A stretch of 64,000 nt of DNA from positions 167,524,001 to 167,588,000 of the forward strand of contig OZ024740.1 of NCBI GenBank assembly GCA_964016885.1. The letters run 5' to 3'. Positions 53,432 through 64,000 of the stretch are shown piece after piece (position 1 is the stretch's first letter; each line of letters starts with the position of its first letter). The stretch comes from Eledone cirrhosa (lineage: Eukaryota). The notes under the pieces are model-generated. The model searched no databases. It saw nothing but the letters and a program-made list of their open reading frames with translations, and had not been told where the DNA came from. The position numbers and the translations under genes were made by a program.

Positions 53432-56400
53432 AATGATTTCATTTATTGGCCACACGGGCCGACATATAGGGGACAATACAAAAGAGTGGGACAGTGGGGT
53501 TTTACAGAAAAATCGAGTAAACAATATGAATCACAATAACAAAGTAACAATAACAAAGTAACAATAACAAAGTAACAATAACAAGGTAGCAATAAAGTAA
53601 CAAGAAAATTACAAGAAAAAATTCCCCAATAGGGGGGATGACCACCTAGGGTTCGCTCAGGTACCCCACCAGTCCTGAACGACCTGACGCTTCGAGAGCA
53701 CCCTGGAAGGGCACCCCTCTCCTCCTCAAATTTACCTACCTACAGCCGCATGACCAGAGTAGGCCCACTCACACGGGCCATTCTCGCCACATTCACCCAC
53801 CTTTCAGCAAATGTACTGGGGAGCACCACTTCTCTCTCCACCCTCACCTTCCTTTCCAAGTGAAACTTGAAAAAGTTGATGAGGGATTGGCCGAAGAGAA
53901 AAGTGTCTGTCTTCAGTCCTTTCAACCTCGTCCACCATACAACCTCTTTCGCTACTGCCACCAGACAGAGGAAAATTGCCTGCCCTTCCTGGCCAAAAGA
54001 AAGCGACGGGTCGATCTTCACTATGGACTCGGCCGATAGCCGGATCCGTTCTACACGCGACAACAGCTGTTCAACATAACTCCACAAGTCAGTAATGCAC
54101 GGACACTGGACGAGTGCGTGCAGAACGGTTTCGTCGCTCTGCGCGCATCTCGGGCAGGTCCGTCTGACAGCACTTCCGTGCCTGTAGAGTTTATCTCGAA
54201 CCGGCAGTACCCCCCGGTAGCACTGCCAAGCGAGGGAATTTTGGAAATTATCCATCGTCCTCGGCTCGAAAGTCCTCCGGTACAGACTGGTTAGTTCGAA
54301 TTCGTTGACTCCCAGAGTCTCTCCGAGTGCGACGTCGCACTTGCCCACCACTAATCCTCTATAGAACTCGAGTGTGGAAGTTCCACTGACCGCATTGCCC
54401 GCCTGGTAGAGGGCAGTGACTGCTTGGCAACATTCCAGATGCCAGTCACCCAGTCTCGGTCTCTTCTTGACCCAGGACTGCAGCTCAGTCAAAGAAACGA
54501 GCTGCGGAAAGGCCCGTCTGACAAACGGCGACCACACATGTTCACCGTTTAGGCAGAATATCTGGAGATGCCGCAGCCTCAGCGCGTTCCTGCGCATCAT
54601 TAGCCACGGCATGCCCAGCCCTCCACGTAGAGGGTGCTGGCTGGCAGCAGATGGACCGCCTCACCAGCGGAACCTGACCCCTCCACAAGAATTTGAAGAG
54701 GAGCCGCTCCAAGATGGCGAGGCGCGAACGGGGGCAAGGGAAGACAGCCAGACGGTAGTAGATGACGGACGCGATGTACGCGTCGCCACCTCCGCCCGAC
54801 CTTTCAGTGATAGCTTCATCCCAGGCCATTTCTGGGTGAGACTGGCTACCCTGCCCGTCACCTCGTCCCAGTTCTTATCCACCTGGAGGTCTGGCCCGAA
54901 CCAAACCCTAGCAACTTTACCGGTCCGTTCGTCCAGCACCTAACGACGCTGTTGGACGGCATGGACTTTCCTCTCCAGGTGCCGAGTTGCAAGCCGACTG
55001 ACTTTTCCGGGTTAAGTTTTCTTCCCGTCAACCTTTCATATTACTCCAATAAGTTGCCGACCACCTCAATTTCTGAGGTGTCCGACACCATCACGGTGAT
55101 GTCGTCCGCATAAGCCGACACAGCCTTTCCGCGTCCCGGTTCGAGCGGGATGCCCTGCAACAGCTCCACCTTCCGCAGTAAAGGCTCGAGAGTCAATACG
55201 TACAAAAGGGAGGAGAGAGGGCACCCTTGACGGACCGATCGAGAGACCTGAAACGGTTCCGAGAGGTAGCCATTAATTTGGACCATCGAGCAGGTGCCGC
55301 TGTGCATTGCAGCGATCCAGCTTCTGAAGACGGGGCCGAAGCCAGCCGCCTTGAGGACAGCCTCCATGTACCGATCTCGACCCTATCGAATGCTTTTGAT
55401 TGATCTAAATTGATCAGAGCCCCACCGAGCCCCACGCGACTTAGCTCTGACAATGCAACCTTCGTGTTTCGCATTGAAGAAATGGTCTAATGCCATTCTC
55501 GCCGCTAGCACGTCAGTTGCAATGCCACTACCAATAGCCTCGTCTAACTTATCTACCAACTCCCCCTTTCTTTCTATTTTTCTCTAACGCTATCTCTTTA
55601 CTAAACTCTATCGACATTACTCTAATCTCGCCTTTGAGAGCCCCCCACCATCTATTGTTTCACGACTCGCCCTGTCAACGTTTTCTTAACTAAATTATTG
55701 ACCTGGTCCCTGTAAGCCTTACGTGCCGGCAATGACATATTTAGCTTCCAGTAACCAGGTCCTAACCTACGCGTCTTATCTAGGTCGACCGTACATATCA
55801 CAAACTTGTGATCTGAATAGGCGACCGTTTCAAAACGTGGACAGCTTACACTATTTCTGTCTATTTTCCTAATGAATATCCTGTCTATATACGAACTAGA
55901 TGACCCTATGCGGTTAGCCCAGGTCCACACTGGCGAATTAGGGAAATCTAGTCGGTACCTGTCAGACAGTTGGAACTGGCTGAGCAGGTTCTTGAGGCTT
56001 TTGCAACCCCCGCTCCTATCGGATACTCCCACACAGTCCCAGCGTGCGTCTAAGATGCCGTTCCAGTCCCCAGCTAACAGTAAAGGGCGAGACGTACCCA
56101 GAAAGGCTTCCAGGCGTCTAAAGAAGTTCGGCCGTCCTGCCCCAGTAGGAGCATAGACGGCCACCAGTCTAAAGGCACTATCTTCGTTATTGTTCACGTA
56201 CAGGACCACCAACTTCCCGTCCGGGTCCCGGAAGATCGACCTTACCTCGAGATCCAGGCCTTTCCTAAACAGCACTGCCACCCCGCCTCCCATTCCCGGC
56301 CGGCTAACAGATGCAAAGATCTGATAGTCGTCGAATATGGGGGCTAGTTCGCGCGTGTCGAAAATTCTGGTTTCTCTGACGGCAATTACATCCATTTCTA

Positions 56401-58721
56401 TAGACCTGAGGTCGTTGAGCAGGTGACACTGCTTCCAGGACGATCCCGGGCCTCGAACATTTAAACATCCTACCCTTAATACGGCCATGTTGGCAGATTA
56501 AAAAGAGAGAGAGAGAGGAAGGTTTACTTACCTTCCGGGCTCTTGTGAAAGTCGGGTTGTTCGACCTCCATAGTTGGTGGGGTTTCTTTTGGGAACCCCT
56601 TTAAAAGTCTTGAAGTGGGTTTTACGTTCGGGGTTCCCACGTCCCGAGGCAAGCTGTCTCGTATTTCTTAGAATATATTGACCGACATTCGCACCAGAAC
56701 CAAATCTTCCGGCACGCGAAATGTGCTCGATTTAAAAATCTCCCCCTCTTTTTGTATATTTTCACTTCGTGCTACGAGGGCCATCAGTTCCTTGTTGGCC
56801 CTCCTGTCGAGCACAAAGTTTTGTATGTTTTGTTGGTGTGATTTTATTTGTTTGCGTGGCTGTGGTGGTGATGGTTTTGATGGTGTTGTTTTGGTTGTAT
56901 CTGTGTTTGTTGTGAGTGCGGTGTCTGTGGTTTCAGATGTTTGTGTGTATATTTGTTCTTGCGTCTGTTTAGGTTGTTTGCGTTTGAGGGATTCTGGTGA
57001 TGGTGATGGTGGTGTTGATGTTGGTGTTATTGGAGAGATGTTTGCGTGGTTGGGTCTGCGTTTTTTATTGTGGTTGATTTTGTGCTTTGTTGAGTGTTTT
57101 TTTTTTCTTTTTGTGTTACCTTTTTTTGTATTTTGGGGGATTTGGGTTTTCCCTCATCTTCACTACTAGTAGATGAGGGATCTGCGTCTGTAAGTGTGTC
57201 TGTATGTATGTTTATGGTTTTATTGGTGTGTGTATTTTTTTTGGGGGGGGGGGGGAATTTGACAGCTTTCCTCGTTTCCCCCCTGGGTGGTCAATGTTGG
57301 TGGTGGTCTTTCTATTGGTGTTGTTGTTGGTGGTTTTGCCGGTGCTGGTGTTGGTTGTGGTCCTCGCCCCGGCGTCGGCAGCAGTGGAGCCTTTCGACCC
57401 CTTTCCTCTTTCAGCAGTTGAGGGCAAAAGGCTCGCAAATGGGTTTTTTTCTCTCAAACAAAACACTGCGGCCTTTCGCCTTCGGCCATAAGGTGAATGA
57501 CCGTCCCATTCTGAAGGCATATGTAGTCCGGGATTGTCTTCACATTCTCGGGCCTGATCTGGAGAAGGATCCGCAGGTCAACCCCGGCCCAGTCCTCTCT
57601 GGCCATTCTGGTCACTTCTATAGGGACGGTATCCGTCCCCTCCACAATCACACATCCCAGAATCCACCACATGTCAATTCCTGGTGGGATTCTGGGAATG
57701 CGGAGACGGGCCGTTCTTTTTCCCATGTGGGAGGGGTACATTATGACCTTGCTGGAGTTGCAAGGTGTCATAGCGTGTTTCATAGCGAGGGCTACTGACT
57801 TGAACAACACCGAAATGGTGCCGTACTGTCTGCCACTCTCTATGTATTCGGTGTCTTCTCTGATGCACCTCAGCGCGACTTCGACATCTTCTTGTGGGAT
57901 TAAAGCTGTCCTTTTGGTTTGTGCTGAGATGCATCTATAATGCACCGTTCTGCGCTCCACTGCCTCAATAGCTTCTACCGGGACAGTTAAGTTGGCTCAG
58001 GTTTGCTCTTGCTTGATGAGCTTCCATGCCTGGGCCAACTTTTCATCTTTGTTTGAGAGGTCCATGTTGAAGCATGGCCTCTTTTTTGCTGCTGCCGCAG
58101 CGAAAGTGTTCTTCTTGTTTTCGTTGGGGGTGTTGTGGTTGTTGTCGTTGTTCTTGTTGGTGTTGTTGTTAGCACTGTCGCTGTTATCAATGTTGTCTTT
58201 GTTGCCACCGTTGTTCTCGGTGCAGTTGGTATTGTTGCTGTTGGTATTGTCGCTATTTGTTTTCATGTTAGTGGTGTTGATATTGTTGTTGTATTTGTTA
58301 TTTTTTTTTTTTTGTTATCTGTATTTTCGTTGTCGCTGTTACTGTCATTTTTTTCAAAATTAGGGTTCTCATTGGTATCATTGGTGTCTTTGTTTACATT
58401 GATTGTGGTGATGTTTGTGTTATCAATGCGTGTTAATTTCGCCGTAGCGCTCCTCTCAACTTCCACGTCGTTGTCGCACGACAGCAGACATATCGCTGGG
58501 GGGGCGTGGCTCAGCCATGTTTTTTTTTCCCTGTAAATGTTTTAACATGTAAAACAATTCAAATATTTGGGCCACAAGGCCCAAATATTATACTTTCCCC
58601 TTCACAGGTCAAAGTCTAAGGGCTTATATCCCTTACAAAACAAGAAATATTTAACAACAAATAATTTTAACAGTCAAATAAAGCGACTTGCTGGGAGCGA
58701 GCAAAATACGTCCGCTTAGAC
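53432..58721 (-). mobile_element. Near full-length Tx1/L1-clade LINE (ORF1 and ORF2), decayed, with an internal RT deletion
   Basis: ORF1 pieces: Asn/Thr-rich N-terminus, TFAAAA, and 57454-57960 ending RPQCFV (zinc knuckle). APE: LNVRG, AVRETR, VAVYAP, GDWN, IDRIF, SDH. RT: LDQSKAFDRV, RQGCPLS, AYADD. C-terminal CPRC...HALVQC. A 14-bp tandem repeat lies in the 3' UTR at 53535-53600. Confidence 0.93.
55652..56488 (-). CDS. Tx1 ORF2 N-terminus, AP-endonuclease domain (open-frame remnant)
   Basis: Complete set of APE motifs followed by GPGYWKLNMS. Confidence 0.85.
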   Translation of the reverse strand: MAVLRVGCLNVRGPGSSWKQCHLLNDLRSIEMDVIAVRETRIFDTRELAPIFDDYQIFASVSRPGMGGGVAVLFRKGLDLEVRSIFRDPDGKLVVLYVNNNEDSAFRLVAVYAPTGAGRPNFFRRLEAFLGTSRPLLLAGDWNGILDARWDCVGVSDRSGGCKSLKNLLSQFQLSDRYRLDFPNSPVWTWANRIGSSSSYIDRIFIRKIDRNSVSCPRFETVAYSDHKFVICTVDLDKTRRLGPGYWKLNMSLPARKAYRDQVNNLVKKTLTGRVVKQ

Positions 58722-59260
58722 CAATAATAACAACAATAATAATAACGACAACAATAATAATATACATGTATACACACACATATATATATATATAAACATA
58801 TCTACACACAAGATATCAATTAACAGCGCTGCGATCGAATGTGGCTTTTTAGCCCAGCCAATGATCTAAAATGTCTTGCACAGAGTTGGCAACCAAAATA
58901 TTCACTGGGTATAGCCGACTGTGGTTCATGTAATTTTGCATGTCGTTTGAGCCTTCTTGCTGATTTACATTCTCTACCACATGCTTGGCAAGCATGATGA
59001 GTAGCATCTCCATACATACATTCATACATACATACATACATACATACATACATACATACATACATACATACATACATACATACATACATACATACATACA
59101 TACATACATACATACATGGTGGCTGCCGACTCGTTTTCCAGTATGGCCACTACTGCATATACATGTAGGAGAACCCTTACCGATGCGCTGAACGAGTGTG
59201 ACTTTTTAGTCCAGCCAGCGACTTGAAAACTCTGGTACAAACACTACACCTGTGACAATT
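58722..59260 (-). mobile_element. RTE C-terminal zinc-finger segment plus a nested sister-family 3' end with a (TATG)n tail at 59013-59115
   Basis: CQACGRECKSARRLKRHAKLH and CQLCARHFRSLAGLKSHIRSQ. The nested copy reads CSVCTRVFKSLAGLKSHTRSAHR*. Confidence 0.8.
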
Positions 59261-59502
59261 ATTGACACACAGTGCTGGGCCCATGGAACCATCTGACGAC
59301 AAGTGCAGAGAGATCCCCAGATATAAAACAATGCCTGTGCCGGGAAGCTTTTATAGTGAGCAAAGCACTGCACAAAGCCAGTCACACTCTCTTAACCAAG
59401 ATGATATTTACCAAAAAGAAGAACAAGTCAACATCATTGGATACCATCAGGGTTGCAGGTGTTATATCAGAGTTTTCCTTCTCCTAGAATTCTGCCTTAA
59501 AA

Positions 59503-61555
59503 TACATACATACATACATACATACATACATACATACATACATACATACATGATGGCTGCCCCCTCGTTATCGAGTATGGCCATTGCGCGAGAAAGAAAA
59601 AAAAAAAAATAATAATAATAATAATAATAAATAAATAAAAAGAAAATAAAAATAAAAAAAAAAGAAAAAAAGAAATATATATATATACATACACACACAC
59701 ATACACACACACACACACTCACACACACACACTCACACTCACACATATACACACACATACATTAATAACAATAATAATAATAATAAAATAACAACAATAA
59801 TAATAACGACAAAAACAATAATGGAAGTGCAACAGCAATGCCCTTCCTCACATCCCGCTTTATTTTCTCGTATGCGATTCGAGATGCCTCAAAGGCAACT
59901 TTTCCCTCATATACAGTCTTTCTCCATTTATTACGATCAGCAGCAATATTCTCCCATGTATCAGCAGAGATGTTAGCGTCTTTCAGAGAGGCTTTCAAGG
60001 AATCCTTATACCTCTTTTTTTTTTATATGGCGGTCGTTTTCCTTTAACCAACTCTCCATAAAAGAGTTGTTTTGGTATTCTAGAATCCTTCATCCTGGCA
60101 AGGTGGCCACTCCAACGGAGTCGTTGCTTAAGCACAAGAGCTTCTATACTGTCACACATAGAGCTTTCCAAAATCTCGACATCACTGATGTGGTCCCTCC
60201 AGTGAACGCCATGGATCCGTCTGAGACACATCTGATGGAAACGCTCCAATTGCTTAAGGTGGTGTCGATATGTAACCCAGGTCTCGCAGGCATAAAGAAG
60301 ACATTCCTTAGATGCAGGATGCATCCATGTGGTCTTGAATTTGTTCTTTTGTTGGAACATGGTGTTGGTAACACACAGATCCAGCTCCTCACACATCTGC
60401 AGCAGGAGCATACCATTGCTGTTACACTTTCCCACCCCATGACTTCCGATTACATTCCAAGTGTTAAAATCCCTACCCACTCTAGCATTAAAGTCACCAA
60501 GCACGATGACTTTGTCTGCCTGATGGATATTTCTTAAAACACCTTTCAAGGCATGGTAAAAGGACACCTTTTCCTCATCGACAGAAATCATAGTTGGAGC
60601 ATACACACTCACCAGGGTAGCATATCTTCCCTTGTCCAGCGGAACTCTCATGGACATAAGACGCTCACTAATCCCTACTGGGAATTCTTCTAATTTGTTC
60701 ACAAGCACAGTCTTAACAGCAAATCCTACCCAGCCTCTCTTCTGGTTCCTTCATCTCTTCCTTTCCAGAAGAATGTATATTCTCCACAAAATTCCGTAAG
60801 ATGACCATCTACAGCTAGCCTCGTCTCAGATAAAGCCACGATGTCAAGATCGTAACGTCGAAGCTCCTTTGCAACAAGAGCGGTCCTTCGTTCAGGACGC
60901 CCCAAGGAATCCCTGTCAAGCAGCGTCCGTACGTTCCAGCAGCCAAGACTAAATGCCTTGTTTGGCTCTATTACAATGGCACAGTGACGAGCGGGCCCAG
61001 GCTGTGATAACCTGGGGCCCCTGCACTTATTGCCAATGATCTTTTTTGTTCCAGAACCTAAATTGCCAATTATCTCTTTTATATTGTTCTGGAACATCAT
61101 TGAATTGGGAAAAAAAAAAAAAAAAAAAAGTAATAATAATAGTAATAATAATAATAATAATAATTGTTTCTACTTTAGGCACAAGGCCAGCAATTACCCA
61201 GTGCATTACTGGTGCTTTATTTTATCGACCCCGTAAGGATGAAAGGCAATAGTACACTATTAATAATTATTAATGCACTCGTGCAATGCCTGTGCGTGAC
61301 GAATATATTTAAAGTGAGGAAAGACTGTGCACTGAGCCAATCCCACTCTCTGAGCGACAGTAGCTATAACCCGAAAAGAAGAAAAGATCAACATCATCGG
61401 TAACTACTGAGCCGCAGGTTTTATGTCGGAGTTAACCCAGTTTCCTGAGATGCCTTCTCCTAGAAGAATGCCCTGACAAGGGCTAGTGGTTCTTCACTGC
61501 GAGTGGTTTAACTGCGCGTTCGGGCATCCAGCCCGATTATTTCTGTCCCCGCGCA
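59503..61555 (-). mobile_element. RTE (BovB-like) element with 5' region and APE retained but RT deleted; SINE A inserted at about 61110-61250
   Basis: LGCWNVRTLLD, ALSETRL, VSVYAPT, LGDFNARVG and TTWMHPASK fused to CLLYACETW...LRWSGHLARM. (TATG)n tail. Confidence 0.88.
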
Positions 61556-62444
61556 AAAAAAAAAAAAAAAAAAATCATTTATTGACACTTATACGTACGA
61601 CATACACACACGCGCATACATATGCGCGCGCACAGCAACACTCATACATACAACAAACACACACACACACGCTACTCTACTCACTTACACGCACACACAC
61701 ACACATATATATATATATATTACCGTCATTACTGATACAAGATTACAAGATTATGTCAACTGTTGACTTTCAAGAGTTTGTATAGTTGAAGCCTATCGTA
61801 CTACAGTCCAGTATTATTATAATTGCTTTACAGCATAGAGTCACGGCCCTTCACGCTCTGAGCTCAAATCCCGCCGAGGTCAACCTTGCCTTTAATCCCC
61901 ACGGAGTCAACAAAAGAGAGTACCAGTGATGCGCTGAGGCCAGTCGCTGGATCCGTGCCAAAAGCAGAAAAAAATTATTAAAGTTGTTTTCTTAAGTCCG
62001 GTCGCTGGTGATGGTGATGGCGGCGGCGGTAGTGGTGGTGGTGGCAGTTGATGTTGTTGTTGTGTTGTGTGCGTGTGTGTGTGTGTGTGTTTTGTTATTT
62101 TGAGTTTTTTTGTTTTTGTTTTTTTTTAATCTTTTGATGCCGCTGTTGTTGTAAATGTTCATTTCAGTTCATTCTGAAGCTGTTGTTGCTGTAAACATTA
62201 GTGCCGGTGTTGTTGTTGTAGATGTTGGGGTTGAAATCTGGTCGTTTGACTGAGTAATGTATATACACACATATACATACATATATATATATATATACAC
62301 ATTCAACAGAGAGTAAAGAGTTTGACAACAGGTCGATGACTTTGGTCTAGATAGGGTAATGACATGTGATGGTGGGAGAGAGTGTAGAAGTTATTGTGGT
62401 GGCGGGGGAGAGTGCGATGTATCTAGTTCATTTGACCGTTTTCT

Positions 62445-62559
62445 TCATACATACATACATGATGGCTGCCCCCTCGTTATCGAGTATGGCCATTGCACGA
62501 GAAGACAAAAAAAAAAAAATAATAATAATAATAAATAAATAAAAAAGAAAAAAAAAGAA

Positions 62560-62590
<31 letters not shown>

Positions 62591-63785
62591 CATACACATA
62601 CACACACACACACAAACACACACACACTCACACACACATACACACACACATACATTAATAACAATAATAATAACAATAATAACAACAACAATAATAATAA
62701 CGACAACAACAATAATGATATACATATACATATATATATACACACACACGCACACACATAAGCATATCTACACACACACACACGATAGCAACTAACAGCG
62801 CTGTGATCGAATGTGGCTTTTTAGCCCAGCCAATGATCAAAAATGTCTTGCACAGAGTCGGCAACCAAAACATTCACTGGGAATAGTCGGCTGTGGTTGG
62901 AGTTCGTGTACTTTTGCATGTCGCTTGAGCCCTCCTGCTGATTTACATTCTCTACCACATGTTTGGCAAGCATGATGAGTAGCATCTCCAACAGCAGCCT
63001 GGTAGTCAACCACTGGTCTTACTTTATGACTGCGAAGATGACTTTCGAGTCCAGCTTTGCTTAGGCAGAGTCTCGCACATACGCTGCATGTCAGCACCAT
63101 AGGAGGACCCTCGCCGTCTGGAAGTGCAACAGCAATGCCCTTCCTCACATCCCGCTTTACTTTCTCGTATGCGATTCGAGATGCCTCAAAGGCAACTTTT
63201 CCCTCATATACAGTCTTTCTCCATTTATTACGATCAGCAGCAATATTCTCCCATGTATCAGCAGAGATGTTAGCGTCTTTCAGAGAGGCTTTCTAGGAAT
63301 ACCTCGTTTTTTTTATATGGCGGTCGTTTTCCTTTAACCAACTCTCCATAAAAGAGTTGTTTTGGTATTCTAGAATCCTTCATCCTGGCAAGGTGGCCAC
63401 TCCAACGGAGTCGTTGCTTAAGCACAAGAGCTTCTATACTGTCACACATAGAGCTTTCCAAAATCTCGACATCACTGATGTGGTCCCTCCAGTGAACGCC
63501 ATGGATCCGTCTGAGACACATCTGATGGAAACGCTCCAATTGCTTAAGGTGGGGTCGATATGTGACCCAGGTCTCGCAGGCATAAAGAAGACAAGAGAGC
63601 ACACATGCTCTGTACACCTTTACCTTTGTCCTCCTGCATATGTCTCGCCGACCCCAGAGTCGCCTTTCTAGCTTTCCGAAAGCATCACTTGCTTTCCTAA
63701 TCCTAAGTGAGATTTCACTGTCAAGTTTGCTGTATCGATTGACAGTGCTTCCCAGGTAGACAAACTGATCAACCACTCCAAGTCG

Positions 63786-63787
<2 letters not shown>
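62445..63787 (-). mobile_element. RTE (BovB-like) 3' half: RT thumb, C2H2 fingers, microsatellite-rich 3' UTR and (TATG)n tail
   Basis: FVYLGS, AFGKLERRLW, LLYACETW and LRWSGHLARM. Near-identical to 59820-60300. Confidence 0.9.
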
Positions 63788-63816
<29 letters not shown>

Positions 63817-63892
63817 CATACATACATACATACATACATACATACATACATACATACATACATACATACATACATAATACATACATACATAC
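63788..63892. repeat. (CATA)n tract, probably the tail of another nested insertion
   Basis: Interrupts the RTE coding sequence just upstream of LEVVDQFVYLGS. Confidence 0.85.
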
Positions 63893-64000
63893 TTTTTAGT
63901 ATGTGTAACAAGGAACGCATAACTGTGGAATCCAACACCGGAATGATAAAATATGATCTTCTTAACACTCCGCGCACGATAAATCAATGACCCACAATCT

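Overview
AT-rich animal genomic DNA made almost entirely of repeats. The SINE set and microsatellite load suggest an octopus or other cephalopod (inference). No intact host gene is evident, and most ORFs in the track are translated (TA)n, (CA)n or (CATA)n microsatellites. Recognisable elements are three decayed Penelope-like elements (RT plus GIY-YIG), a near full-length Tx1/L1 LINE and a second fragment, an R4/Dong LINE inside a (TAA)n tract, a nested RTE cluster with (TATG)n tails, two tRNA-SINE families, a Helitron-like element and a MITE. The main result is that many short non-coding islands between (TA)n tracts carry type-I hammerhead ribozyme motifs (about 11 loci, read by eye). Three of these, in different families, use a compensatory U3-A8 core (UUGANAA). 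One is a 320-nt retrozyme-like tandem whose 5' end lies at the predicted cleavage site. Several form foldback palindromes. One Penelope-like element has an in-frame UGA at a conserved Cys and a SECIS-like hairpin in its 3' UTR. All structures were folded manually and need computational and experimental checks.
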